DNA of 64,000 nucleotides, from the NCBI GenBank assembly GCA_964016885.1, contig OZ024744.1, positions 4,464,001 to 4,528,000 on the forward strand. The letters run 5' to 3'. The notes under the pieces are model-generated. The model was not told where the DNA came from and did no database searches. It worked only from the letters and a program-made list of their open reading frames with translations. A program made the position numbers and the translations under genes. The stretch comes from Eledone cirrhosa (lineage: Eukaryota). This document shows positions 28,101 through 41,750 of this stretch, one piece after another. Each line of letters opens with the position of its first letter. Positions within the stretch are counted from its first letter, which is position 1.

Positions 28101-31100
28101 CAAGGTAGAGAAAGATAGCTTGGTGAAGAACGAAGTTTTGAGGGAAGACAAGGTAGAGAAAGATAGCTTGGTGAAGAACGAAGTTTTGAGGGAAGACAAG
28201 GTAGAGAAAGATAGCTTGGTGAAGAACGAAGTTTTGGGGGAAAAAAAGGTAGAGAAATATAGCTTGGTGAAGAACGAAGTTTTGAGGGAAGACAAGGTAG
28301 AGAAAGTTAGCTTGGTGAAGAACGAAGTTTTGAGGGAAGACAAGGTAGAGAAAGATAGCTTGGTGAAGAACGAAGTTTTGAGGGAAGACAAGGTAGAGAA
28401 AGATAGCTTGGTGAAGAACGAAGTTTTGAGGGAAGACAAGGTAGAGAAAGATAGCTTGATGAAGAACGAAGTTTTGAGGGAAGACAAGGTAGAGAAAGTT
28501 AGCTTGGTGAAGAACGAAGTTTTGAGGGAAGACAAGGTAGAGAAAGATAGCTTGGTGAAGAACGAAGTTTTGAGGGAAGACAAGGTAGAGAAAGATAGCT
28601 TGATGAAGAACGAAGTTTTGAGGGAAGACAAGGTAGAGAAAGTTAGCTTGGTGAAGAACGAAGTTTTGAGGGAAGACAAGGTAGAGAAAGATAGCTTGGT
28701 GAAGAACGAAGTTTTGAGGGAAGACAAGGTAGAGAAAGATAGCTTGGTGAAGAACGAAGTTTTGAGGGAAGACAAGGTAGAGAAAGATAGCTTGGTGAAG
28801 AACGAAGTTTTGAGGGAAGACAAGGTAGAGAAAGATAGCTTGGTGAAGAACGAAGTTTTGAGGGAAGACAAGGTAGAGAAAGATAGCTTGTGAAGAACGT
28901 AGTTTTGGGGGAAGACAAGGTAGAGAATGATAGCTTGATGAAGAACGAACGAAGTGTTGAGGGAAGACAAGGTAGAGAAAGATAGCTTGGTGAAGAACGA
29001 CGTTTTGAGGGAAGACAAAGTAGAGAACGATAGCTTGATGAAGAACGGAGTTTTGAGGGAAGACAAGGTAGAGAAAGATAGCTTGATCAAGAACGAAGTT
29101 TTGAGGGAAGACAAGGTAGAGAAGGATAGCTTGTGAAGAACGAAGTTTTGGGGGAAGACAAGGTAAAGAAAGATAGCTTGGTGAAGAACGAACGACGTTT
29201 TGAGGGAAGACAAGGTAGAGAAAGATAGCTAGGTGAAGAACGACGTTTTGAGGGAAGACAAAGTAGAGAACGATAGCTTGATGAAGAACGGAGTTTTGAG
29301 GGAAGACAAGGTAGAGAAAGATAGCTTGGTGAAGAACGAAGTTTTGAGGGAAGACAAGGTAGAGAAAGATAGCTTGGTGAAGAACGAAGTTTTGAGGGAA
29401 GACAAGGTAGAGAAAGATAGCTTGGTGAAGAACGAAGTTTTGGGGGAAAAAAAGGTAGAGAAATATAGCTTGGTGAAGAACGAAGTTTTGAGGGAAGACA
29501 AGGTAGAGAAAGTTAGCTTGGTGAAGAACGAAGTTTTGAGGGAAGACAAGGTAGAGAAAGATAGCTTGGTGAAGAACGAAGTTTTGAGGGAAGACAAGGT
29601 AGAGAAAGATAGCTTGGTGAAGAACGAAGTTTTGAGGGAAGACAAGGTAGAGAAAGATAGCTTGATGAAGAACGAAGTTTTGAGGGAAGACAAGGTAGAG
29701 AAAGTTAGCTTGGTGAAGAACGAAGTTTTGAGGGAAGACAAGGTAGAGAAAGATAGCTTGGTGAAGAACGAAGTTTTGAGGGAAGACAAGGTAGAGAAAG
29801 ATAGCTTGGTGAAGAACGAAATTTTGAGGGAAGACAAGGTAGAGAAAGATAGCTTGGTGAAGAACGAAGTTTTGAGGGAAGACAAGGTAGAGAAAGATAG
29901 CTTGGTGAAGAACGAAGTTTTGAGGGAAGACAAGGTAGAGAAAGATAGCTTGGTGAAGAACGAAGTTTTGAGGGAAGACAAGGTAGAGAAAGATAGCTTG
30001 GTGAAGAACGAAGTTTTGAGGGAAGACAAGGTAGAGAAAGATAGCTTGGTGAAGAACGAAATTTTGAGGGAAGACAAGGTAGAGAAAGATAGCTTGGTGA
30101 AGAACGAAGTTTTGAGGGAAGACAAGGTAGAGAAAGATAGCTTGTGAAGAACGTAGTTTTGGGGGAAGACAAGGTAGAGAATGATAGCTTGATGAAGAAC
30201 GAACGAAGTGTTGAGGGAAGACAAGGTAGAGAAAGATAGCTTGGTGAAGAACGACGTTTTGAGGGAAGACAAAGTAGAGAACGATAGCTTGATGAAGAAC
30301 GGAGTTTTGAGGGAAGACAAGGTAGAGAAAGATAGCTTGGTGAAGAACGAAGTTTTGAGGGAAGACAAGGTAGAGAAAGATAGCTTGGTGAATAACGAAG
30401 TTTTGAGGGAAGACAAGGTAAAGAAAGATAGCTTGGTGAAGAACGATGTTTTGGGGGAAGACAAGGTAGAGAAAGATAGCTTGGTGAAGAACGAAGTTTT
30501 GAGGGAAGACAAGGTAGAGAAAGATAGCTTGGTGAAGAACGAAGTTTTGAGGGAAGACAAGGTAGAGAAAGATAGCTTGGTGAAGAACGAAGTTTTGGGG
30601 GAAGACAAGGTAGAGAAAGATAGCTTGGTGAAGAACAAAGTTTTGAGGGAAGACAAGGTAGAGAAAGATAGCTTAATCAAGAACGAAGTTTTGAGGGAAG
30701 ACAAGGTAGAGAAGGATAGCTTGTGAAGAACGAAGTTTTGGGGGAAGACAAGGTAGAGAAAGATAGCTTGGTGAAGAACGAACGACGTTTTGAGGGAAGA
30801 CAAGGTAGAGAAGGATAGCTAGGTGAAGAACGACGTTTTGAGGGAAGACAAAGTAGAGAACGATAGCTTGATGAAGAACGGAGTTTTGAGGGAAGACAAG
30901 GTAGAGAAAGATAGCTTGATCAAGAACGAACTTTTGAGGGAAGACAAGGTAGAGAAGGATAGCTTGTGAAGAACGAAGTTTTGGGGGAAGACAAGGTAAA
31001 GAAAGATAGCTTGGTGAAGAACGAACGACGTTTTGAGGGAAGACAAGGTAGAGAAAGATAGCTAGGTGAAGAACGACGTTTTGAGGGAAGACAAAGTAGA

Positions 31101-33519
31101 GAACGATAGCTTGATGAAGAACGGAGTTTTGAGGGAAGACAAGGTAGAGAAAGATAGCTTGGTGAAGAACGAAGTTTTGAGGGAAGACAAGGTAGAGAAA
31201 GATAGTTTGGTGAAGAACGAAGTTTTGGGGGAAAAAAAGGTAGAGAAATATAGCTTGGTGAAGAACGAAGTTTTGAGGGAAGACAAGGTAGAGAAAGATA
31301 GCTTGATGAAGAACGAAGTTTTGAGGGAAGACAAGGTAGAGAAAGTTAGCTTGGTGAAGAACGAAGTTTTGAGGGAAGACAAGGTAGAGAAAGATAGCTT
31401 GGTGAAGAACGAAGTTTTGAGGGAAGACAAGGTAGAGAAAGATAGCTTGGTGAAGAACGAAGTTTTGAGGGAAGACAAGGTAGAGAAAGATAGCTTGATG
31501 AAGAACGAAGTTTTGAGGGAAGACAAGGTAGAGAAAGTTAGCTTGGTGAAGAACGAAGTTTTGAGGGAAGACAAGGTAGAGAAAGATAGCTTGGTGAAGA
31601 ACGAAGTTTTGAGGGAAGACAAGGTAGAGAAAGATAGCTTGGTGAAGAACGAAATTTTGAGGGAAGACAAGGTAGAGAAAGATAGCTTGGTGAAGAACGA
31701 AGTTTTGAGGGAAGACAAGGTAGAGAAAGATAGCTTGTGAAGAACGTAGTTTTGGGGGAAGACAAGGTAGAGAATGATAGCTTGATGAAGAACGAACGAA
31801 GTGTTGAGGGAAGACAAGGTAGAGAAAGATAGCTTGGTGAAGAACGACGTTTTGAGGGAAGACAAAGTAGAGAACGATAGCTTGATGAAGAACGGAGTTT
31901 TGAGGGAAGACAAGGTAGAGAAAGATAGCTTGGTGAATAACGAAGTTTTGAGGGAAGACAAGGTAGAGAAAGATAGCTTGGTGAAGAACGAAGTTTTGAG
32001 GGAAGACAAGGTAGAGAAAGATAGCTTGGTGAAGAACGAAGTTTTGAGGGAAGACAAGGTAGAGAAAGATAGCTTGGTGAAGAACAAAGTTTTGAGGGAA
32101 GACAAGGTAGAGAAAGATAGCTTAATCAAGAACGAAGTTTTGAGGGAAGACAAGGTAGAGAAGGATAGCTTGTGAAGAACGAAGTTTTGGGGGAAGACAA
32201 GGTAGAGAAAGATAGCTTGGTGAAGAACGAACGACGTTTTGAGGGAAGACAAGGTAGAGAAGGATAGCTAGGTGAAGAACGACGTTTTGAGGGAAGACAA
32301 AGTAGAGAACGATAGCTTGATGAAGAACGGAGTTTTGAGGGAAGACAAGGTAGAGAAAGATAGCTTGGTGAAGAACGAAGTTTTGAGGGAAGACAAGGTA
32401 GAGAAAGATAGCTTGGTGAAGAACGAAGTTTTGAGGGAAGACAAGGTAGAGAAAGATAGCTTGGTGAAGAACGAAGTTTTGAGGGAAGACAAGGTAGAGA
32501 AAGATAGCTTGATGAAGAACGAAGTTTTGAGGGAAGACAAGGTAGAGAAAGTTAGCTTGGTGAAGAACGAAGTTTTGAGGGAAGACAAGGTAGAGTAAGA
32601 TAGCTTGATGAAGAACGAAGTTTTGAGGGAAGACAAGGTAGAGAAAGATAGCTTGGTGAAGAACGAAGTTTTGAGGGAAGACAAGGTAGAGAAAGATAGC
32701 TTGATGAAGAACGAAGTTTTGAGGGAAGACAAGGTAGAGAAAGATAGCTTGATCAAGAACGAAGTTTTGAGGGAAGACAAGGTAGAGAAGGATAGCTTGT
32801 GAAGAACGAAGTTTTGGGGGAAGACAAGGTAAAGAAAGATAGCTTGGTGAAGAACGAACGACGTTTTGAGGGAAGACAAGGTAGAGAAAGATAGCTAGGT
32901 GAAGAACGACGTTTTGAGGGAAGACAAAGTAGAGAACAATAGCTTGATGAAGAACGGAGTTTTGAGGGAAGACAAGGTAGAGAAAGATAGCTTGGTGAAG
33001 AACGAAGTTTTGAGGGAAGACAAGGTAGAGAAAGATAGTTTGGTGAAGAACGAAGTTTTGGGGGAAAAAAAGGTAGAGAAATATAGCTTGGTGAAGAACG
33101 AAGTTTTGAGGGAAGACAAGGTAGAGAAAGATAGCTTGATGAAGAACGAAGTTTTGAGGGAAGACAAGGTAGAGAAAGTTAGCTTGGTGAAGAACGAAGT
33201 TTTGAGGGAAGACAAGGTAGAGAAAGATAGCTTGGTGAAGAACGAAGTTTTGAGGGAAGACAAGGTAGAGAAAGATAGCTTGGTGAAGAACGAAGTTTTG
33301 AGGGAAGACAAGGTAGAGAAAGATAGCTTGATGAAGAACGAAGTTTTGAGGGAAGACAAGGTAGAGAAAGTTAGCTTGGTGAAGAACGAAGTTTTGAGGG
33401 AAGACAAGGTAGAGAAAGATAGCTTGGTGAAGAACGAAGTTTTGAGGGAAGACAAGGTAGAGAAAGATAGCTTGGTGAAGAAGGAAATTTTGAGGGAAGA
33501 CAAGGTAGAGAAAGATAGC

Positions 33520-36500
33520 TTGGTGAAGAACGAAGTTTTGAGGGAAGACAAGGTAGAGAAAGATAGCTTGGTGAAGAACGAAGTTTTGAGGGAAGACAAG
33601 GTAGAGAAAGATAGCTTGGTGAAGAACGACGTTTTGAGGCAAGACAAAGTAGAGAACGATAGCTTGATGAAGAACGGAGTTTTGAGGGAAGACAAGGTAG
33701 AGAAAGATAGCTTGGTGAATAACGAAGTTTTGAGGGAAGACAAGGTAAAGAAAGATAGCTTGGTGAAGAACGATGTTTTGGGGGAAGACAAGGTAGAGAA
33801 AGATAGCTTGGTGAAGAACGAAGTTTTGAGGGAAGACAAGGTAGAGAAAGATAGCTTGGTGAAGAACGAAGTTTTGAGGGAAGACAAGGTAGAGAAAGAT
33901 AGCTTGGTGAAGAACAAAGTTTTGAGGGAAGACAAGGTAGAGAAAGATAGCTTAATCAAGAACGAAGTTTTGAGGGAAGACAAGGTAGAGAAGGATAGCT
34001 TGTGAAGAACGAAGTTTTGGGGGAAGACAAGGTAGAGAAAGATAGCTTGGTGAAGAACGAACGACGTTTTGAGGGAAGACAAGGTAGAGAAGGATAGCTA
34101 GGTGAAGAACGACGTTTTGAGGGAAGACAAAGTAGAGAACGATAGCTTTATGAAGAACGGAGTTTTGAGGGAAGACAAGGTAGAGAAAGATAGCTTGGTG
34201 AAGAACGAAGTTTTGAGGGAAGACAAGGTAGAGAAAGATAGTTTGGTGAAGAACGAAGTTTTGGGGGGAAAAAAGGTAGAGAAAGATAGCTTGGTGAAGA
34301 ACGAAGTTTTGAGGGAAGACAAGGTAGAGAAAGATAGCTTGGTGAAGAACGAAGTTTTGAGGGAAGACAAGGTAGAGAAAGATAGCTTGATGAAGAACGA
34401 AGTTTTGAGGGAAGACAAGGTAGAGAAAGTTAGCTTGGTGAAGAACGAAGTTTTGAGGGAAGACAAGGTAGAGAAAGATAGCTTGGTGAAGAACGAAGTT
34501 TTGAGGGAAGACAAGGTAGAGAAAGATAGCTTGGTGAAGAACGAAATTTTGAGGGAAGACAAGGTAGAGAAAGATAGCTTGGTGAAGAACGAAGTTTTGA
34601 GGGAAGACAAGGTAGAGAAAGATAGCTTGGTGAAGAACGAAGTTTTGAGGGAAGACAAGGTAGAGAAAGATAGCTTGGTGAAGAACGACGTTTTGAGGCA
34701 AGACAAAGTAGAGAACGATAGCTTGATGAAGAACGGAGTTTTGAGGGAAGACAAGGTAGAGAAAGATAGCTTGGTGAATAACGAAGTTTTGAGGGAAGAC
34801 AAGGTAAAGAAAGATAGCTTGGTGAAGAACGATGTTTTGGGGGAAGACAAGGTAGAGAAAGATAGCTTGGTGAAGAACGAAGTTTTGAGGGAAGACAAGG
34901 TAGAGAAAGATAGCTTGGTGAAGAACGAAGTTTTGAGGGAAGACAAGGTAGAGAAAGATAGCTTGGTGAAGAACAAAGTTTTGAGGGAAGACAAGGTAGA
35001 GAAAGATAGCTTAATCAAGAACGAAGTTTTGAGGGAAGACAAGGTAGAGAAGGATAGCTTGTGAAGAACGAAGTTTTGGGGGAAGACAAGGTAGAGAAAG
35101 ATAGCTTGGTGAAGAACGAACGACGTTTTGAGGGAAGACAAGGTAGAGAAGGATAGCTAGGTGAAGAACGACGTTTTGAGGGAAGACAAAGTAGAGAACG
35201 ATAGCTTGATGAAGAACGGAGTTTTGAGGGAAGACAAGGTAGAGAAAGATAGCTTGGTGAAGAACGACGTTTTGAGGGAAGACAAAGTAGAGAACGATAG
35301 CTTGATGAAGAACGGAGTTTTGAGGGAAGACAAGGTAGAGAAAGATAGCTTGGTGAATAACGAAGTTTTGAGGGAAGACAAGGTAAAGAAAGATAGCTTG
35401 GTGAAGAACGATGTTTTGGGGGAAGACAAGGTAGAGAAAGATAGCTTGGTGAAGAACGAAGTTTTGAGGGAAGACAAGGTAGAGAAAGATAGCTTGGTGA
35501 AGAACGAAGTTTTGAGGGAAGACAAGGTAGAGAAAGATAGCTTGGTGAAGAACAAAGTTTTGAGGGAAGACAAGGTAGAGAAAGATAGCTTAATCAAGAA
35601 CGAAGTTTTGAGGGAAGACAAGGTAGAGAAGGATAGCTTGTGAAGAACGAAGTTTTGGGGGAAGACAAGGTAGAGAAAGATAGCTTGGTGAAGAACGAAC
35701 GACGTTTTGAGGGAAGACAAGGTAGAGAAGGATAGCTAGGTGAAGAACGACGTTTTGAGGGAAGACAAAGTAGAGAACGATAGCTTTATGAAGAACGGAG
35801 TTTTGAGGGAAGACAAGGTAGAGAAAGATAGCTTGGTGAAGAACGAAGTTTTGAGGGAAGACAAGGTAGAGAAAGATAGTTTGGTGAAGAACGAAGTTTT
35901 GGGGGGAAAAAAGGTAGAGAAAGATAGCTTGGTGAAGAACGAAGTTTTGAGGGAAGACAAGGTAGAGAAAGATAGCTTGGTGAAGAACGAAGTTTTGAGG
36001 GAAGACAAGGTAGAGAAAGATAGCTTGATGAAGAACGAAGTTTTGAGGGAAGACAAGGTAGAGAAAGTTAGCTTGGTGAAGAACGAAGTTTTGAGGGAAG
36101 ACAAGGTAGAGAAAGATAGCTTGGTGAAGAACGAAGTTTTGAGGGAAGACAAGGTAGAGAAAGATAGCTTGGTGAAGAACGAAATTTTGAGGGAAGACAA
36201 GGTAGAGAAAGATAGCTTGGTGAAGAACGAAGTTTTGAGGGAAGACAAGGTAGAGAAAGATAGCTTGGTGAAGAACGAAGTTTTGAGGGAAGACAAGGTA
36301 GAGAAAGATAGCTTGGTGAAGAACGACGTTTTGAGGCAAGACAAAGTAGAGAACGATAGCTTGATGAAGAACGGAGTTTTGAGGGAAGACAAGGTAGAGA
36401 AAGATAGCTTGGTGAATAACGAAGTTTTGAGGGAAGACAAGGTAAAGAAAGATAGCTTGGTGAAGAACGATGTTTTGGGGGAAGACAAGGTAGAGAAAGA

Positions 36501-37840
36501 TAGCTTGGTGAAGAACGAAGTTTTGAGGGAAGACAAGGTAGAGAAAGATAGCTTGGTGAAGAACGAAGTTTTGAGGGAAGACAAGGTAGAGAAAGATAGC
36601 TTGGTGAAGAACAAAGTTTTGAGGGAAGACAAGGTAGAGAAAGATAGCTTAATCAAGAACGAAGTTTTGAGGGAAGACAAGGTAGAGAAGGATAGCTTGT
36701 GAAGAACGAAGTTTTGGGGGAAGACAAGGTAGAGAAAGATAGCTTGGTGAAGAACGAACGACGTTTTGAGGGAAGACAAGGTAGAGAAGGATAGCTAGGT
36801 GAAGAACGACGTTTTGAGGGAAGACAAAGTAGAGAACGATAGCTTGATGAAGAACGGAGTTTTGAGGGAAGACAAGGTAGAGAAAGATAGCTTGGTGAAG
36901 AACGAAGTTTTGAGGGAAGACAAGGTAGAGAAATATAGTTTGGTGAAGAACGAAGTTTTGGGGGGAAAAAAGGTAGAGAAAGATAGCTTGGTGAAGAACG
37001 AAGTTTTGAGGGAAGACAAGGTAGAGAAAGATAGCTTGGTGAAGAACGAAGTTTTGAGGGAAGACAAGGTAGAGAAAGATAGCTTGATGAAGAACGAAGT
37101 TTTGAGGGAAGACAAGGTAGAGAAAGTTAGCTTGGTGAAGAACGAAGTTTTGAGGGAAGACAAGGTAGAGAAAGATAGCTTGGTGAAGAACGAAGTTTTG
37201 AGGGAAGACAAGGTAGAGAAAGATAGCTTGGTGAAGAACGAAATTTTGAGGGAAGACAAGGTAGAGAAAGATAGCTTGGTGAAGAACGAAGTTTTGAGGG
37301 AAGACAAGGTAGAGAAACATAGCTTGGTGAAGAACGAAGTTTTGAGGGAAGACAAGGTAGAGAAAGATAGCTTGGTGAAGAACGACGTTTTGAGGCAAGA
37401 CAAAGTAGAGAACGATAGCTTGATGAAGAACGGAGTTTTGAGGGAAGACAAGGTAGAGAAAGATAGCTTGGTGAATAACGAAGTTTTGAGGGAAGACAAG
37501 GTAAAGAAAGATAGCTTGGTGAAGAACGATGTTTTGGGGGAAGACAAGGTAGAGAAAGATAGCTTGGTGAAGAACGAAGTTTTGAGGGAAGACAAGGTAG
37601 AGAAAGATAGCTTGGTGAAGAACGAAGTTTTGAGGGAAGACAAGGTAGAGAAAGATAGCTTGGTGAAGAACAAAGTTTTGAGGGAAGACAAGGTAGAGAA
37701 AGATAGCTTAATCAAGAACGAAGTTTTGAGGGAAGACAAGGTAGAGAAGGATAGCTTGTGAAGAACGAAGTTTTGGGGGAAGACAAGGTAGAGAAAGATA
37801 GCTTGGTGAAGAACGAACGACGTTTTGAGGGAAGACAAGG
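33520..37840. repeat. Nested 1059-bp and 1638-bp duplications inside the 48-bp array
   Basis: The GAGGCAAG variant occurs at ~33636, 34695, 36333 and 37392 (spacings 1059, 1638, 1059). The AGCTTTATG variant occurs at ~34144 and ~35782 (spacing 1638). Confidence 0.8.
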
Positions 37841-38949
37841 TAGAGAAAGATAGCTTGGTGAAGAACGAAGTTTTGAGGGAAGACAAGGTAGAGAAACATA
37901 GCTTGGTGAAGAACGAAGTTTTGAGGGAAGACAAGGTAGAGAAGGATAGCTAGGTGAAGAACGACGTTTTGAGGGAAGACAAAGTAGAGAACGATAGCTT
38001 GATGAAGAACGGAGTTTTGAGGGAAGACAAGGTAGAGAAAGATAGCTTGGTGAAGAACAAAGTTTTGAGGGAAGACAAGGTAGAGAAAGATAGCTTAATC
38101 AAGAACGAAGTTTTGAGGGAAGACAAGGTAGAGAAGGATAGCTTGTGAAGAACGAAGTTTTGGGGGAAGACAAGGTAGAGAAAGATAGCTTGGTGAAGAA
38201 CGAACGACGTTTTGAGGGAAGACAAGGTAGAGAAAGATAGCTTGGTGAAGAACGAAGTTTTGAGGGAAGACAAGGTAGAGAAACATAGCTTGGTGAAGAA
38301 CGAAGTTTTGAGGGAAGACAAGGTAGAGAAGGATAGCTAGGTGAAGAACGACGTTTTGAGGGAAGACAAAGTAGAGAACGATAGCTTGATGAAGAACGGA
38401 GTTTTGAGGGAAGACAAGGTAGAGAAAGATAGCTTGGTGAAGAACGAAGTTTTGAGGGAAGACAAGGTAGAGAAAGATAGTTTGGTGAAGAACGAAGTTT
38501 TGGGGGGAAAAAAGGTAGAGAAAGATAGCTTGGTGAAGAACGAAGTTTTGAGGGAAGACAAGGTAGAGAAAGATAGCTTGGTGAAGAACGAAGTTTTGAG
38601 GGAAGACAAGGTAGAGAAAGATAGCTTGATGAAGAACGAAGTTTTGAGGGAAGACAAGGTAGAGAAAGTTAGCTTGGTGAAGAACGAAGTTTTGAGGGAA
38701 GACAAGGTAGAGTAAGATAGCTTGGTGAAGAACGAAGTTTTGAGGGAAGACAAGGTAGAGAAAGATAGCTTGGTGAAGAACGAAGTTTTGAGGGAAGACA
38801 AGGTAGAGAAAGATAGCTTGATGAAGAACGAAGTTTTGAGGGAAGACAAGGTAGAGAAAGATAGCTTGATCAAGAACGAAGTTTTGAGGGAAGACAAGGT
38901 AGAGAAGGATAGCTTGTGAAGAACGAAGTTTTGGGGGAAGACAAGGTAA

Positions 38950-41750
38950 AGAAAGATAGCTTGGTGAAGAACGAACGACGTTTTGAGGGAAGACAAGGTA
39001 GAGAAAGATAGCTAGGTGAAGAACGACGTTTTGAGGGAAGACAAAGTAGAGAACGATAGCTTGATGAAGAACGGAGTTTTGAGGGAAGACAAGGTAGAGA
39101 AAGATAGCTTGGTGAAGAACGACGTTTTGAGGGAAGACAAGGTAGAGAAAGATAGCTTGGTGAAGAACGAAGTTTTGAGGGAAGACAAGGTAGAGAAAGA
39201 TAGTTTGGTGAAGAACGAAGTTTTGGGGGAAAAAAAGGTAGAGAAATATAGCTTGGTGAAGAACGAAGTTTTGAGGGAAGACAAGGTAGAGAAAGATAGC
39301 TTGATGAAGAACGAAGTTTTGAGGGAAGACAAGGTAGAGAAAGTTAGCTTGGTGAAGAACGAAGTTTTGAGGGAAGACAAGGTAGAGAAAGATAGCTTGG
39401 TGAAGAGCGAAGTTTTGAGGGAAGACAAGGTAGAGAAAGATAGCTTGGTGAAGAACGAAGTTTTGAGGGAAGACAAGGTAGAGAAAGATAGCTTGATGAA
39501 GAACGAAGTTTTGAGGGAAGACAAGGTAGCGAAAGATAGCTTGGTGAAGAACGACGTTTTGTTGGAAGACAAGGTAGAGAGAGATAGCTTGGTGAAGAAC
39601 GAAGTTTTGTGGGAAGACAAGGTAGAGAAAGATAGCTTGGTGAAGAACGAAGTTTTGGGGGTAGACAAGGTAGAGAAAGATAGCTTGGTGAAGAACGAAG
39701 TTTTGGGGGAAGACAAGGTAGAGAAAGATAGCTTGGTGAAGAACGACGTTTTGAGGGAAGACAAGGTAGAGAAAGATAGCTTGATGAAGAACGAAGTTTT
39801 GTGGGAAGACAAGGTAGAGAAAGATAGCTTGGTGAAGAACGACGTTTTGAGGGAAGACAAGGTAGAGAAAGATAGCTTGATGAAGAACGAAGTTTTGGGG
39901 GAAGACAATGTAGAGAAAGATAGCTTGGTGACGAACGAAGTCTTGAGGGAAGACAAGGTAGAGAAAGATAGCTTGATAAAGAACGAACGATGTTTTGAGG
40001 GAAGACAAAGTAGAGAAAGATAGCTTGATGAAGAACGAAGTTTTGCAGGAAGGCAAGGTAGAGAAAGATAGCTTGGTGAATAACGAAGTTTTGAGGGAAG
40101 ACAAGGTAGAGAAAGATAGATTGGTGAAGAACGATGTTCTGGGGGAAGACAAGGTAGAGAAAGATAGCTTGGTGAAGAACGAAGTTTTGAGGGAAGACAA
40201 GGTAGAGAAAGATAGCTTGGTGAAGAACGAAGTTTTGAGGGAAGACAAGGTAGAGAAAGATAGCTTGGTGAATAACGAAGTTTTGAGGGGAGACAAGGTA
40301 AAGAAAGATAGCTTGGTGAAGAACGATGTTTTGGGGGAAGACAAGGTAAAGAAAGATAGCTTGGTGAAGAACGAACGACGTTTTGAGGGAAGACAAGGTA
40401 GAGAAAGATAGCTAGGTGAAGAACGACGTTTTGAGGGAAGACAAAGTAGAGAACGATAGCTTGATGAAGAACGGAGTTTTGAGGGAAGACAAGGTAGAGA
40501 AAGATAGCTTGGTGAAGAACGACGTTTTGAGGGAAGACAAGGTAGAGAAAGATAGCTTGGTGAAGAACGAAGTTTTGAGGGAAGACAAGGTAGAGAAAGA
40601 TAGTTTGGTGAAGAACGAAGTTTTGGGGGAAAAAAAGGTAGAGAAATATAGCTTGGTGAAGAACGAAGTTTTGAGGGAAGACAAGGTAGAGAAAGATAGC
40701 TTGATGAAGAACGAAGTTTTGAGGGAAGACAAGGTAGAGAAAGTTAGCTTGGTGAAGAACGAAGTTTTGAGGGAAGACAAGGTAGAGAAAGATAGCTTGG
40801 TGAAGAGCGAAGTTTTGAGGGAAGACAAGGTAGAGAAAGATAGCTTGGTGAAGAACGAAGTTTTGAGGGAAGACAAGGTAGAGAAAGATAGCTTGATGAA
40901 GAACGAAGTTTTGAGGGAAGACAAGGTAGCGAAAGATAGCTTGGTGAAGAACGACGTTTTGTTGGAAGACAAGGTAGAGAGAGATAGCTTGGTGAAGAAC
41001 GAAGTTTTGTGGGAAGACAAGGTAGAGAAAGATAGCTTGGTGAAGAACGAAGTTTTGGGGGTAGACAAGGTAGAGAAAGATAGCTTGGTGAAGAACGAAG
41101 TTTTGGGGGAAGACAAGGTAGAGAAAGATAGCTTGGTGAAGAACGACGTTTTGAGGGAAGACAAGGTAGAGAAAGATAGCTTGATGAAGAACGAAGTTTT
41201 GTGGGAAGACAAGGTAGAGAAAGATAGCTTGGTGAAGAACGACGTTTTGAGGGAAGACAAGGTAGAGAAAGATAGCTTGATGAAGAACGAAGTTTTGGGG
41301 GAAGACAATGTAGAGAAAGATAGCTTGGTGACGAACGAAGTCTTGAGGGAAGACAAGGTAGAGAAAGATAGCTTGATAAAGAACGAACGATGTTTTGAGG
41401 GAAGACAAAGTAGAGAAAGATAGCTTGATGAAGAACGAAGTTTTGCAGGAAGGCAAGGTAGAGAAAGATAGCTTGGTGAATAACGAAGTTTTGAGGGAAG
41501 ACAAGGTAGAGAAAGATAGATTGGTGAAGAACGATGTTCTGGGGGAAGACAAGGTAGAGAAAGATAGCTTGGTGAAGAACGAAGTTTTGAGGGAAGACAA
41601 GGTAGAGAAAGATAGCTTGGTGAAGAACGAAGTTTTGAGGGAAGACAAGGTAGAGAAAGATAGCTTGGTGAATAACGAAGTTTTGAGGGGAGACAAGGTA
41701 AAGAAAGATAGCTTGGTGAAGAACGATGTTTTGGGGGAAGACAAGGTAGA
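38950..41750. repeat. 1400-bp tandem block duplication inside the 48-bp array
   Basis: ORFs 39016..40023 and 40416..41423 translate identically, including rare variants (AAGAGCGAA, TTGTTGGAA, GTGACGAAC). Confidence 0.9.
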
